From: Candidatus Latescibacterota bacterium
GTDB taxonomy: Bacteria; Latescibacterota; UBA2968; UBA8231
Assembly (NCBI GenBank): GCA_965203175.1
Contig: OZ241867.1
Span: forward strand, 2,880,001-2,944,000
Direction of reading: 5' to 3'
Length of the DNA: 64,000 nucleotides
Below the pieces are notes generated by a model that had not been told where the DNA came from, made no database searches, and saw only the letters and a list, made by a program, of their open reading frames with translations. Every line of letters starts with the position of its first letter. The first letter of the stretch is position 1. The position numbers were made by a program, and so were the translations under genes. Shown here piece after piece: positions 18,414 through 27,901 of this stretch.

Positions 18414-21020
18414 ATGATGCATCGATTATTGATCCTAGCCGTGCTGATCGCTGGCACTGCGTTTGCCCAATCGGGCTACCGGATCACTGGAGATCAAGTG
18501 GTGGTTGACCGGCGCACGCACTGGCAAAGCTGGAACTTTCCACCGGGGGTGCTAGATCTGGGCAGCAGCGGGACGGTGCAACCTCGAAGTCTGCGGCGCG
18601 ATATCAACGCCGTCGGTGACATCGTCGCCAACTTGCGAGCCCGTCCGCCGGATGGCCTGAAGAAAGAGCCAGAAGACATCGTCCTCGCCGATGCCATCTT
18701 AGGGGGTGCCCGCTCCAATGTCGCAGGCGTAGAAAACCTCTTAGACGGGGATATGACGACTTATTGGGAGCCGGATTCGCCGACCGAGGAGTTGGATTTG
18801 GGCACGCAGTGGTGGTTTATCGTCGATCTGGGGCGTTTGGTGATGGCTAAGAAGCTGGTGCTCAGGTTCGTTCCTGAGGAGTTGGGCGATCCTTTCTTGC
18901 AGTTCGACCTGTTGGTCTCACAGGGCAATATTCCCAAGGGCAACCAGCGTTCGCCTACGCCCGAGTTTACCACCATCCTGCGCACGTTAAAGCCCAACAA
19001 GAAGCAGCGGGTGTTCGAGTTGGTCACCAATTCGGAGCCGACCTTTGCTGGAACGGGTATGCGCTTTGTGCAGATCATCATTACCGGTAGTGACTTTGAT
19101 CGCGGACGAGAGGTGAGTCCGGCTCAATACGAGGCTTTGCCGGCGGATGATCAGGGGGCGATTGAGTTTTACAAGAAGCAGGTTGATGGCAGCGAGACGG
19201 TGGTGTCGCCGGAGATTTACGAGTTGCTAACATCCGCGCAGCAAGGGCCAATCCGCTACTACCGCAAGGAGCGTCCCCGGTTGGCGGAATTGGAGGTTTG
19301 GGCAGAGGGCGACGAGATTCTGACGGGGACGTTGGCTCGGGGGGGGTATGGCACGGCGACGCAGACGGCGGCGATCAACAACTTGATTGACGGTCAGATC
19401 GAGAGCAAGGTTCAGTTTATCTATTCTTTTGGTCGCGGCTCGTTCAAAGATCCAGAGGGCATTGTCTTTTTTGACTTGGGAGCCTTTTACTGGATCGACG
19501 CGTTTCGTCTAGCTTACGGCGGCTCGACGTTTAGGGACTACCGGCTCGACTTTTCCGACGGCAGCCTTGAAGCAGACGGCAGCCTTAAGTGGGTCACCGG
19601 AGGGACGCGCGTACCGACTCAGGATGTCACGGCCTCTGCCGGCCGCGTGACCAACCTCGGTTTCGGGGTGTACGAGGGTAACGATTTCGAGCGGATAAAA
19701 GCGCGCTTCTTTCGCTTGGTGTGGGAGCAGTATGAAAGCGCCACAGCCCGCGGCGGAGCCACCGGCCAACCAGCCGAGATCCAGCTCTACGGTCAGGGGT
19801 ATCACCCCGAGGTAGCGCTGACCTCCAATTTGATCCGCTTGGGCGGCAGTCGCAACCTGCTGTCGATTGCCTGGGATGCCGACACGCCGCCGGGCACCAG
19901 CGTCGTGTTGCAGACCCGCACCGGCAACGAACTCGACGAAGTGTTGCGCTACTTCAAAAAGGACGGCACCGAAGTCACCGAGGACGAATACAACAAGCTG
20001 CTGTCGATTTTCCGCGGCGACACCATCGGTGAAGAGGTTGCTGGTGGAGATTGGAGCGACTGGAGTGCGCCCTACGAAGACGCCAGCGGCAGTCCGATTA
20101 CTTCACCCTCACCGCGGGCGTACTTGGAGGTGCGGGCGGTGTTGCGGTCGGACACGCCCGATTACAGTGCGACGCTGCGGTCGCTGCGGTTGCATTTTGC
20201 CAATCCGGTTGCGCAGGGACTATCGGGCGAAGTAACCCCCTTTGCAGTAGAGCAGTTGGGGCAGCCGCAGCGGTTTTCGCTTTATGTGCGTCCCCAGTTT
20301 GCCGCTGGTGATCCGGGATTTGATCAGTTGTTAGTGGTAGCCCCGTCGGATATGCGTTTGGCGTTTGAAGGGGTGTATGGCGGTCCAGCGTCGGCCTTAG
20401 CTGCTGAGGTAGGCACCGATTGGGCGTTGGATGGAGCAGAGGTCGTGCCTACTGCTAGTGATAGTTTGCAGGTGGCGTTTTCGGCGATAGGTCCCTCCTC
20501 GGAAGTTGAGGTGGTGCGGCTGGACTTTTCAACGGCTTTGTTTTCGACGGGAGCGGTATTGCAGGCGTCGCTGCAGAATAGTATGAAGGGAGAGGGGGGG
20601 TGGCAGCGGGTGGATCCAGGCGAGGCAGTGGAAGCTATTGCCAGTAACACGACGACGCTGGTGGGGGCGGTGCAAGAGGGTGCCTTAGTGCAGGCGGTGG
20701 AAGTGGAGCCGAGCGTGGTTACGCCCAATGGCGACGGGGTCAACGACGAGATGGGGTTTCACTTCCAGGTAGTCAAGGTGGACGGAGCTAGTCCGGTGGA
20801 GTTGTTGATCCACGATGTGCAAGGACGGCGAGTGCGGCGCTTAGTCGAGCAGCGTCCGACGAGCACGGGGGTCTACGGGATGGAGTGGGACGGTCGGGAT
20901 GAGCAGGGGGTGGTGGTGCCCCCGGGAGTCTATCTGGCGCGAGTGCGAGTAGATACGGACACCGAGGGTGCCCGCATTGGACGCGCCGAAATTCTACGCA
21001 CCATTGCCGTTGCCTATTAG
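18414..21020 (+). CDS. Family B secreted protein B3
   Basis: Tandem duplicate of B2 including the RBS/start region; ends IAVAY. Confidence 0.8.
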   Translation: MMHRLLILAVLIAGTAFAQSGYRITGDQVVVDRRTHWQSWNFPPGVLDLGSSGTVQPRSLRRDINAVGDIVANLRARPPDGLKKEPEDIVLADAILGGARSNVAGVENLLDGDMTTYWEPDSPTEELDLGTQWWFIVDLGRLVMAKKLVLRFVPEELGDPFLQFDLLVSQGNIPKGNQRSPTPEFTTILRTLKPNKKQRVFELVTNSEPTFAGTGMRFVQIIITGSDFDRGREVSPAQYEALPADDQGAIEFYKKQVDGSETVVSPEIYELLTSAQQGPIRYYRKERPRLAELEVWAEGDEILTGTLARGGYGTATQTAAINNLIDGQIESKVQFIYSFGRGSFKDPEGIVFFDLGAFYWIDAFRLAYGGSTFRDYRLDFSDGSLEADGSLKWVTGGTRVPTQDVTASAGRVTNLGFGVYEGNDFERIKARFFRLVWEQYESATARGGATGQPAEIQLYGQGYHPEVALTSNLIRLGGSRNLLSIAWDADTPPGTSVVLQTRTGNELDEVLRYFKKDGTEVTEDEYNKLLSIFRGDTIGEEVAGGDWSDWSAPYEDASGSPITSPSPRAYLEVRAVLRSDTPDYSATLRSLRLHFANPVAQGLSGEVTPFAVEQLGQPQRFSLYVRPQFAAGDPGFDQLLVVAPSDMRLAFEGVYGGPASALAAEVGTDWALDGAEVVPTASDSLQVAFSAIGPSSEVEVVRLDFSTALFSTGAVLQASLQNSMKGEGGWQRVDPGEAVEAIASNTTTLVGAVQEGALVQAVEVEPSVVTPNGDGVNDEMGFHFQVVKVDGASPVELLIHDVQGRRVRRLVEQRPTSTGVYGMEWDGRDEQGVVVPPGVYLARVRVDTDTEGARIGRAEILRTIAVAY

Positions 21021-21048
21021 CGCTTCTCCTCTCAGCGGAGAGAGTACT

Positions 21049-23010
21049 ATGCGGGTATCGCTGATTCTGCTGGCCCTTGGTTTCCTTTGGAGCCAAGCGT
21101 CGGCGTTGACGATTTATCGGATCGGTGGGCAGAGCCTGCCGCCGCCGGAATTGGACGCGCCCTACGAATTCGTGTCGTTGGCTTGGGCCGATGCCGACGA
21201 AGCCCTCGACGGTCAGATCAAGTTGGTCGAAGTAGAAACCGACTTCATTCATCCGCAGCGCCTAGATCCTGCCGTCAACATCGCACCGCAGATCTACGAC
21301 TTGGACGGCGGCACCGTGTTCGTCATGCATTCGCACACTGGCTGGACCGAGAACTTAGAGGACGACGATCACTTCATCTTTGATGGCGATCCCGAAACGG
21401 TCTATCTGGGCGATGGCCATTGGCCGTGGGGGGCCATTTTCTTTGGCAGACGCTCCCTCGATGAGGGTTGGGGCAAGGGACGATGGATCTACACCAAGGT
21501 CTGGATCTTCGACCTCGGCGGCCTATTCACCCTGCAGCGCATTCGACTTTTCCCCCGCGAAAAGTTTGTCAACGAGCGCTTTATCCAGCGATTCAGAGTC
21601 GGCACCAGCGATGGCGATCCCCTCAAGGACGGCACCCGCGATCACGCGATCACGCATCGGGGCTTTTTTTTCGACTTCGATATCGCCTATGACATCAAGG
21701 AAAACTCGAGTGGGGTGTTGGAACTGGCGATGCCCTCCGAGCCGGTCCAGCGTCTGCTGCTCGATGCCCCAGAAAACTCAAGAGGGATCTGGGAGCTAGC
21801 TGAGTTCGAGATATACGGGTTTGGCTTTGCCAACGAGGCCACCTACCGCTCGAACATCATTGATCTCGGTGAGGCGGTTGCACTGGGTCCCATAATTTGG
21901 TCGGGAAGGCAAGATCCAGAGGCCGCAGTCGAATTGCGTACGCGCAGCGGTGACAGCGCCGACCCGAACAACTACTGGCGCTTCACGTTCAGGGGCGACG
22001 AGAAGTCACTCTTCGACCAGCAAGGGAAGCCCCTCACCCGGCGGAGTTACGCCAAACTCAACAAGGGAGAGAAGGCCGGGATTACCTATGATACCCGCAA
22101 CTGGGACTCGTGGAGTCCGGCCTACGACTTCAGCGCCGGGGTGGGCGATATACAGGCGAACAAACCGCGTCGCTACGTCCAGTTCAGCGTTGACTTCTAC
22201 TCGGTCCGCGACCAGGGCAGTCAACTCGACTACGTGCAGTTTGCGGTGTCGGACCCGCCAATTGCGACCCAAGCCCTAGCGGAAATCACCCCAGGCGCGG
22301 TGCGGGCAGGCGAGCCAGCGGCATTTACCTATGTGTTGACTCCAATGTTTAGCCCCCGAGATTTGGGCTTCGATTCGATTGAAATCGATACTCCGAGCCT
22401 CCCCGGCGGGGTGGATGCGGTGCGGATCAGCGGCGAGGAGGTGGGGTTTGAGATCCGGCGGCTGGACGAACGCGGCTTTGAATTGGGGATTCCCCGGATC
22501 GACGCGACGCGAACCGGCGAGCGGATCGAGGTCGATTTCCGCGCCGAAGTCTTCCAGTTTGGGACGCTTTTTACCGGGCGGGTTTTCGATAGCGAGAAAC
22601 CACACGAGGTGCGGCAGGCGCTGACGGCCGGTGATGCGGACCCGCTCATAGAGGGCGATCGCTTGAGCGTAGATATTCTGGATTTGGCCCAAAAGAGCAT
22701 CAAAGGGTTGCGCGTGCAGGCCGGCGTTTTTACCCCCAACGGCGACGGGATTAACGATGTGGTCTCGATCGAGTGCGACTTGCTGAACGTAGAGGCCGCA
22801 CCCGTGGCGATCCAGATATTTGATTTGGCGGGGCGCGAGATCGACCAGATCGACGGCGGTGAGCAAGTCAGCGGGCGGTTCACCGCAGCGTGGGACGGGC
22901 GCGATGTCGATGGGAGACTTGCGCCGCCGGGAACGTATCTGCTGCAGCTCACCGTAGAGACGGACGAAGGGGTTGATCGGGCACAACGAGTTGTCGGCAT
23001 GGCTTATTAA
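21049..23010 (+). CDS. Family A secreted protein A3
   Basis: Start re-placed to ATG 21049; ALTIYRIGG; long aromatic loop insertion; ends VGMAY. Confidence 0.8.
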   Translation: MRVSLILLALGFLWSQASALTIYRIGGQSLPPPELDAPYEFVSLAWADADEALDGQIKLVEVETDFIHPQRLDPAVNIAPQIYDLDGGTVFVMHSHTGWTENLEDDDHFIFDGDPETVYLGDGHWPWGAIFFGRRSLDEGWGKGRWIYTKVWIFDLGGLFTLQRIRLFPREKFVNERFIQRFRVGTSDGDPLKDGTRDHAITHRGFFFDFDIAYDIKENSSGVLELAMPSEPVQRLLLDAPENSRGIWELAEFEIYGFGFANEATYRSNIIDLGEAVALGPIIWSGRQDPEAAVELRTRSGDSADPNNYWRFTFRGDEKSLFDQQGKPLTRRSYAKLNKGEKAGITYDTRNWDSWSPAYDFSAGVGDIQANKPRRYVQFSVDFYSVRDQGSQLDYVQFAVSDPPIATQALAEITPGAVRAGEPAAFTYVLTPMFSPRDLGFDSIEIDTPSLPGGVDAVRISGEEVGFEIRRLDERGFELGIPRIDATRTGERIEVDFRAEVFQFGTLFTGRVFDSEKPHEVRQALTAGDADPLIEGDRLSVDILDLAQKSIKGLRVQAGVFTPNGDGINDVVSIECDLLNVEAAPVAIQIFDLAGREIDQIDGGEQVSGRFTAAWDGRDVDGRLAPPGTYLLQLTVETDEGVDRAQRVVGMAY

Positions 23011-23174
23011 AACAGGCTTGTGCTGTATTTGCGGTCGCGCCGGTGCCGGAAGGATGGCGGGGATCGTCGATTGGGGCGTTGTGGCTGTTTGCTGGGCTAA
23101 AGACGGCGACGCGTGGACGCCTATGAGATCGTCCAAGAGCAAACGGAGTTGACTATTAATCAGGGAGCCTATCT

Positions 23175-24143
23175 ATGAGCAGACCCGTATGTCTGGTTTC
23201 TGGTTCGAGCAGTGGAATTGGCACGGCTGTTGTGGCCGCCTTCGCCGCCAATGGCTACGACGTGGTGGTGCACTACAATTCCGGCAGCGATCCCTCCGAC
23301 CCCCGTGCGCATAAAAGCTCCGGCGAGGAGCGGGCGGCCGCGGTGGCCAACAAACTGCGGACGGAGCACGGGGTGGAGGCGCTGAGTTTGGGTGCCGATT
23401 TGAGCCGGCCCGAAGCCCCTTTCGACCTAGTGGATCGGGCCTACGCGCATTTCGGCCGTCTCGATACCGTTGTCAGCAACAGCGGCGTGACCAACTACGT
23501 GCGCGGCGCAGACGGGCAGATTGCGCGCTACCGCTTCACCGAGACGCCGGTCGATCATCTTGAACAGGAGTTGGACCGGGTCCTCAGCGTCAATCTCAAA
23601 GGGGCCTACCGCCTGTGTCAGCGCGCGCTCAAACGCATGATCGAGCAGGCCGAAAACGAGCGGCGGGCCGGGCAAGAAGTCCCGCACCGCAGCTTTCTGT
23701 TTATCGCTACGGTATCGGATGTGGCGCCCGACAGCACGCGCATCCCCTACGGGGTGAGCAAGGCCGGGCTCAACCACGTGGTCCTAGGGGCCGCCTTTGA
23801 TGCGGGACAGCACAATATTACCGTCAACGCCCTGCGTCCAGGGGTGGTGGAGACGCCGCTGACGTCGCGTCCTTCTGGCATCGTCGATCCGGAGACCGAC
23901 CAGCAGTATACCGTGGCTGAAACCTACGGTCTGATGGCCGAGGGGGGCTCGCAGGCGCTGCCGCGCATCGGCCAGCCCGAAGATATCGCCGGTGCTGCCT
24001 TCGCCTTCACCCAAATCCCCTATATGACCGGTCAGTTGATCGCGGTGGACGGGGGATTCACGTTGGTCAATGGCTTTCCCAACCGCGAACTGTTCCTGCA
24101 GGAGGGCATGCGGCGACGACAGGAGAGCAAACAAGGAGATTGA
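23175..24143 (+). CDS. SDR family NAD(P)-dependent oxidoreductase
   Basis: SGSSSGIG nucleotide-binding motif, YGVSK catalytic motif, VNALRPG and TGQLIAVDGG. Confidence 0.85.
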   Translation: MSRPVCLVSGSSSGIGTAVVAAFAANGYDVVVHYNSGSDPSDPRAHKSSGEERAAAVANKLRTEHGVEALSLGADLSRPEAPFDLVDRAYAHFGRLDTVVSNSGVTNYVRGADGQIARYRFTETPVDHLEQELDRVLSVNLKGAYRLCQRALKRMIEQAENERRAGQEVPHRSFLFIATVSDVAPDSTRIPYGVSKAGLNHVVLGAAFDAGQHNITVNALRPGVVETPLTSRPSGIVDPETDQQYTVAETYGLMAEGGSQALPRIGQPEDIAGAAFAFTQIPYMTGQLIAVDGGFTLVNGFPNRELFLQEGMRRRQESKQGD

Positions 24144-24144
24144 C

Positions 24145-24528
24145 ATGGCCCATGACGAAGCAGCAGCGGTAATCGCAGCAGCGAAAATCGCCACCGCCGC
24201 GTATTGCGCCGGCGATATAGACGCCTTTCTGCCGTATATCCACCCCCAACGCACTACCTTTGGACCCGACGGCAGTCGTCTGGCGGCTTTCGACGCTAAA
24301 GCGCTGCGGGCCGGCATGGCCGCAGGCCGTGTCCAGGCGCAGGTGGAATGGCGGGATCTCCAAGCCACCGTACATGGCGATGTCGCGGTCAGTACGGGGT
24401 ATCTGGTCGGCACTTGGACCATCGGCGACAGCGTCGAGGAAGGTACCTGGCGCGAAACCATCGTCTGGCTCAAGCAGGACCAGCGCTGGCAGGTTTCCCA
24501 TTTGCATGTATCCGCGTGTCTGACCTGA
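24145..24528 (+). CDS. NTF2/SnoaL-like (DUF4440-type) protein
   Basis: RBS aaggag and ATG 24145; VHGDVAV..R.T.VW.K..RWQVSHLH.S pattern. Confidence 0.7.
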   Translation: MAHDEAAAVIAAAKIATAAYCAGDIDAFLPYIHPQRTTFGPDGSRLAAFDAKALRAGMAAGRVQAQVEWRDLQATVHGDVAVSTGYLVGTWTIGDSVEEGTWRETIVWLKQDQRWQVSHLHVSACLT

Positions 24529-24561
24529 GAAGGCTGAACCAAGAAGCGAACGGAGGTCAAA

Positions 24562-25344
24562 ATGAGCGCAGAGCGGTCGTTTCATCTAGGGTATTCCACG
24601 ATCACTTGGGGCCCCACACCGGATTTGGACAAGGTGTTTGGCACCATCGCCGACGCTGGCTGGGAAGGGGTGGAGTTCATCAGCGTTTCGATGGACTGGC
24701 TGGGCACGCCCCGAAGGCTGCGCGGCTTGCTCGATCAGCACGGGTTGCCGCCGGTGTGCCTGTTCGGCAGTGTGTCGCTGGCACCCGACGCCGAACAGGT
24801 GCTCGCTCGGCAGCAGCGCATCATCGAGTACGCGGCTGAGTTGGGTTGCCCCAATTACTGCTTTCTCGGCGGCAATCGCGTGGCGCTACGCCAGCCCAAC
24901 GACGACGAGTTTAAACGCTTGGCTGAGCAGGCGGAGACCCTCATCGATTACGCCGAGCCTCTGGGGGTGAAGGTGACCTATCACGCGCATCCGCGCTGCA
25001 CGGTCGAAAGCGAAGAGGAGCAGGACAAGCTCCTCGCATACGCCGAGCGGCTGCAGATCTGCATGGACGTGTCGGTGGCGGCTTTTATGCAGGAAGACGC
25101 GGTCGCCCAGATCTTCAAATACCGCGAGCGCATCGGCTACGTGCACATGAAGGACTGGGCTCAGGGCAAGTTCTGCGTGATGGGGCAGGGCACGGTGGGG
25201 CTGGATTTCGCCGCGATTCGCACGGCGCTTGAGGAGATCGGCTATCAGGGCTGGGTAATGGGCGAGTTGTCCAGCTATGCAGACACCGACGCGGATAAAT
25301 CGTGTCGGGCCAATCGGGAATTCCTACGCTCGGTGGGTTACTGA
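24562..25344 (+). CDS. Sugar phosphate isomerase/epimerase (IolE-like TIM barrel)
   Basis: GWEGVE, YHAH, YVHMKD, G.GTVGLDF and GYQGWVMGE motifs. Confidence 0.8.
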   Translation: MSAERSFHLGYSTITWGPTPDLDKVFGTIADAGWEGVEFISVSMDWLGTPRRLRGLLDQHGLPPVCLFGSVSLAPDAEQVLARQQRIIEYAAELGCPNYCFLGGNRVALRQPNDDEFKRLAEQAETLIDYAEPLGVKVTYHAHPRCTVESEEEQDKLLAYAERLQICMDVSVAAFMQEDAVAQIFKYRERIGYVHMKDWAQGKFCVMGQGTVGLDFAAIRTALEEIGYQGWVMGELSSYADTDADKSCRANREFLRSVGY

Positions 25345-25365
25345 GCGTTATACAAGGAGCAGACA

Positions 25366-26613
25366 TTGAAAAAGATTCCACTTTGCTTGATCGGCTGCGG
25401 CGGTATGGGCCATCGCCATATCCTCGCCTACAAAGAACTGGAGAACAGCGGCATCGGCAATATCGAGCTGATGGCCGTATGCGACCTCAACCCCAAGAAC
25501 GCGGATCTGGGTCGGCGGGAAGTAGAGCGCCTCTTCGGTCGCACGCCCTTGGTCTTCACCGATCTGGGCGAGGCCGTGTCGCACCCCGACATTGCGGCGG
25601 TGGACGTGGCCACTGATCCCGCGGTCCACCACCAAGTGGCGGTGCCGGCGCTGGAGGCCGGCAAGCATGTCTTGTGCGAAAAGCCGCTGGGCATCACCAT
25701 TCGCGCCTGCACGGCGATGATTGCGGCGGCCGAAAAGAGTGGCGTGGTGCTGGCCACGGCTGAGAATTTGCGGCGCGACCCACCCAATAGATTGGCGCGC
25801 GCGATCCTCGACCACGGGCTTTTGGGCGACCCTTACCTGATGATCCACAACTGTCTAGGCGGCAACAACAAGATGGTCATCACCCCGTGGCGGCATCTCA
25901 AGGACAAAGGGGCGATCGGTCTAGATATGGCGGTGCATTTTACCGATATCGTGCAGTACTACATGGGTGCCTTCGACCAGATCTACGGCACTGGTTGGAT
26001 CATCGAGCCGGTGCGCTATAAGCCCGATGATTCCGGTCTCCAACTCGAGTCCTATGTCGAGCGGCTCAAGACCTTTCCCGATTCGATTGAAGCTACCGGC
26101 GAGGATTCGGTCTGCGCGATGTACAAGATGCAGTCCGGGGCCATGGTGCAGTTTACCTACGCGGCCGGCGGTCGCGGCAGCACCGGTTTTGAGCGCAGCG
26201 TACACGGCCGCTTGGGGGCGTTGTATGCGCCTGGGGACCGCAATGGCCGGCCGGTGGTCCTGCGCCGCGAGGGCCAACAGTTTGAGGGCGCAGAGATTTT
26301 GCCGTTATTGCCCGATTTTCAGATGAGCGAAATCACCGAGCGGCTTTTCGGCGCGAAGGTGGTGACCTACGAGCTGGACTTCCCGCCGATTGATGCCAAG
26401 CACATGGCCATCGAGATGCACGACTTCGGCGAGGCGGTCCTCAAGGGCACCAAACCCGAGGTCGATGGCCATCTGGGCATGACGGCGGTGGCGGCGATAT
26501 ACGGGGCCTATGAGTCGATCCTCGCTGGCCGGGCCGTGACTATGGATGAGATCCTCTCGGGCCAAGTGCGGGCCTACCAACAAGAGATCGACGCAGCGCT
26601 CGGGCTGGACTGA
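25366..26613 (+). CDS. Gfo/Idh/MocA family oxidoreductase
   Basis: IGCGGMG, AGKHVLCEKP and DMAVHFTD motifs; TTG start with RBS aaggag. Confidence 0.85.
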   Translation: MKKIPLCLIGCGGMGHRHILAYKELENSGIGNIELMAVCDLNPKNADLGRREVERLFGRTPLVFTDLGEAVSHPDIAAVDVATDPAVHHQVAVPALEAGKHVLCEKPLGITIRACTAMIAAAEKSGVVLATAENLRRDPPNRLARAILDHGLLGDPYLMIHNCLGGNNKMVITPWRHLKDKGAIGLDMAVHFTDIVQYYMGAFDQIYGTGWIIEPVRYKPDDSGLQLESYVERLKTFPDSIEATGEDSVCAMYKMQSGAMVQFTYAAGGRGSTGFERSVHGRLGALYAPGDRNGRPVVLRREGQQFEGAEILPLLPDFQMSEITERLFGAKVVTYELDFPPIDAKHMAIEMHDFGEAVLKGTKPEVDGHLGMTAVAAIYGAYESILAGRAVTMDEILSGQVRAYQQEIDAALGLD

Positions 26614-26647
26614 AGATTTATTATACGGGGAGCAAGGAGACGCAACC

Positions 26648-27805
26648 ATGGAGCGCAGTACTGACCGCATCTTGACTACCCACGTTGGCAGCTTGGCACG
26701 TCCTGTGGACTTGCTCGACCTGATGAAGGCCAAAGTCAACGGCAGACCCTACGACGAGGAGGTCTATGCTCGGCGAATTTCGGCTGCCGTGGCCGAGGTT
26801 GTCAGCAAGCAGGTCGAGAGCGGCATCGACATTGTCACCGATGGCGAGCAGAGTAAGCTCGGTTTCTCGACGTACGTGAGCGAGCGGTTGGCCGGTTATG
26901 AAGCGAGACCGGGTGCGATCGACTCCGCTGAATTTTCGCAGGAGGTGGCCGCTTTCCCGGAGTATTACGAGCGCTACTTTGGCGAGGCCATGCACGGGGG
27001 TGCCGTCGCCAAAATAAACCCCGTCGCGTGCATCGGCCCCGTCAGTTATAAGGGGATTGATGCCCTGAACGAGGACATTGAAAATCTCAAAGCCGCGGTC
27101 GCGGGAGTGGACAAGGTGGATGTCTTTATGCCCTCGGTGGCGCCGAGTGGGGTCGGCGGAAACGAGTATTATCCGACTGAGGAGGAGTATCTGCAGGCGG
27201 TCGGCGAGGCGATGCGCACGGAGTATAAGGCGATCGTCGATGCGGGCTTCATCGTGCAGATCGACGATCCCTGGATGACAGTGGTCCGCGGCGACGGGAG
27301 CTTGAGCCTAGACGACCGCCTGCGGAAGATCGAACTGTCCGTCGAGGTTCTCAACCACAGCTTGCGCGGTATTCCCCCCGAGCAGGTGCGGCTGCATACT
27401 TGCTACGGGATCAACGAAGGTCCGCGCATCCACGACGCGGCGCTCAAGGACATCGTGGGGATCATGCTCAAGGTGAACGCCGGTGCCTATTCGTTCGAGG
27501 CCGCCAACCCGCGGCACGAACACGAGTACCACGTCTGGGAAGACGCCAAACTGCCGGAGGGCAAGTTGATTATTCCAGGAATGGTCGCACACGCGAGCAA
27601 TATCGTCGAGCATCCCGAACTCATCTGCGAGCGCATCGTCCGCTTCGCCAACATCGTGGGACGAGAGAACGTGATCGCTGGGACCGATTGCGGCTTTTCG
27701 ACCCAGGCTACCTATACCCCAGAAGTCCATCCGACCGTGGTGTGGGCCAAGTTCCAAGCCATAGCCACCGGTGCACAGCTGGCGACGAAGCAGCTCTGGG
27801 GATGA
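26648..27805 (+). CDS. Cobalamin-independent methionine synthase II (MetE C-terminal-like) family protein
   Basis: ILTTHVGSLARP, IVTDGE, Zn ligands HTCYG..E..DCGF; start re-placed to ATG 26648 with RBS aaggag. Confidence 0.85.
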   Translation: MERSTDRILTTHVGSLARPVDLLDLMKAKVNGRPYDEEVYARRISAAVAEVVSKQVESGIDIVTDGEQSKLGFSTYVSERLAGYEARPGAIDSAEFSQEVAAFPEYYERYFGEAMHGGAVAKINPVACIGPVSYKGIDALNEDIENLKAAVAGVDKVDVFMPSVAPSGVGGNEYYPTEEEYLQAVGEAMRTEYKAIVDAGFIVQIDDPWMTVVRGDGSLSLDDRLRKIELSVEVLNHSLRGIPPEQVRLHTCYGINEGPRIHDAALKDIVGIMLKVNAGAYSFEAANPRHEHEYHVWEDAKLPEGKLIIPGMVAHASNIVEHPELICERIVRFANIVGRENVIAGTDCGFSTQATYTPEVHPTVVWAKFQAIATGAQLATKQLWG

Positions 27806-27901
27806 GCCTGTCGCCGGGCATCGCTGGCCACGGCGATCAAACGCGATCGGGCCAAGATATGCTCTTCGTCGCAGGAAGGTTTTTATAGGGAGCCCCCATT
27901 C

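Larger units (their letters stand above)
15779..21020 (+). repeat. Tandem gene duplication B2/B3, unit about 2.62 kb
   Basis: tagagg(g)gcattaatgatg precedes both starts (15792 and 18414); 16130-16610 and 18752-19230 are almost identical. Confidence 0.85.

Noticed and set aside
15792-21020. Diversity-generating retroelement TR/VR pair
   Set aside because: No reverse transcriptase is present; the differences include indels and are not confined to adenines; both copies are full genes.
26648-27805. Full-length metE
   Set aside because: Single-barrel protein of about 385 aa without the N-terminal folate-binding half, so the symbol is withheld.
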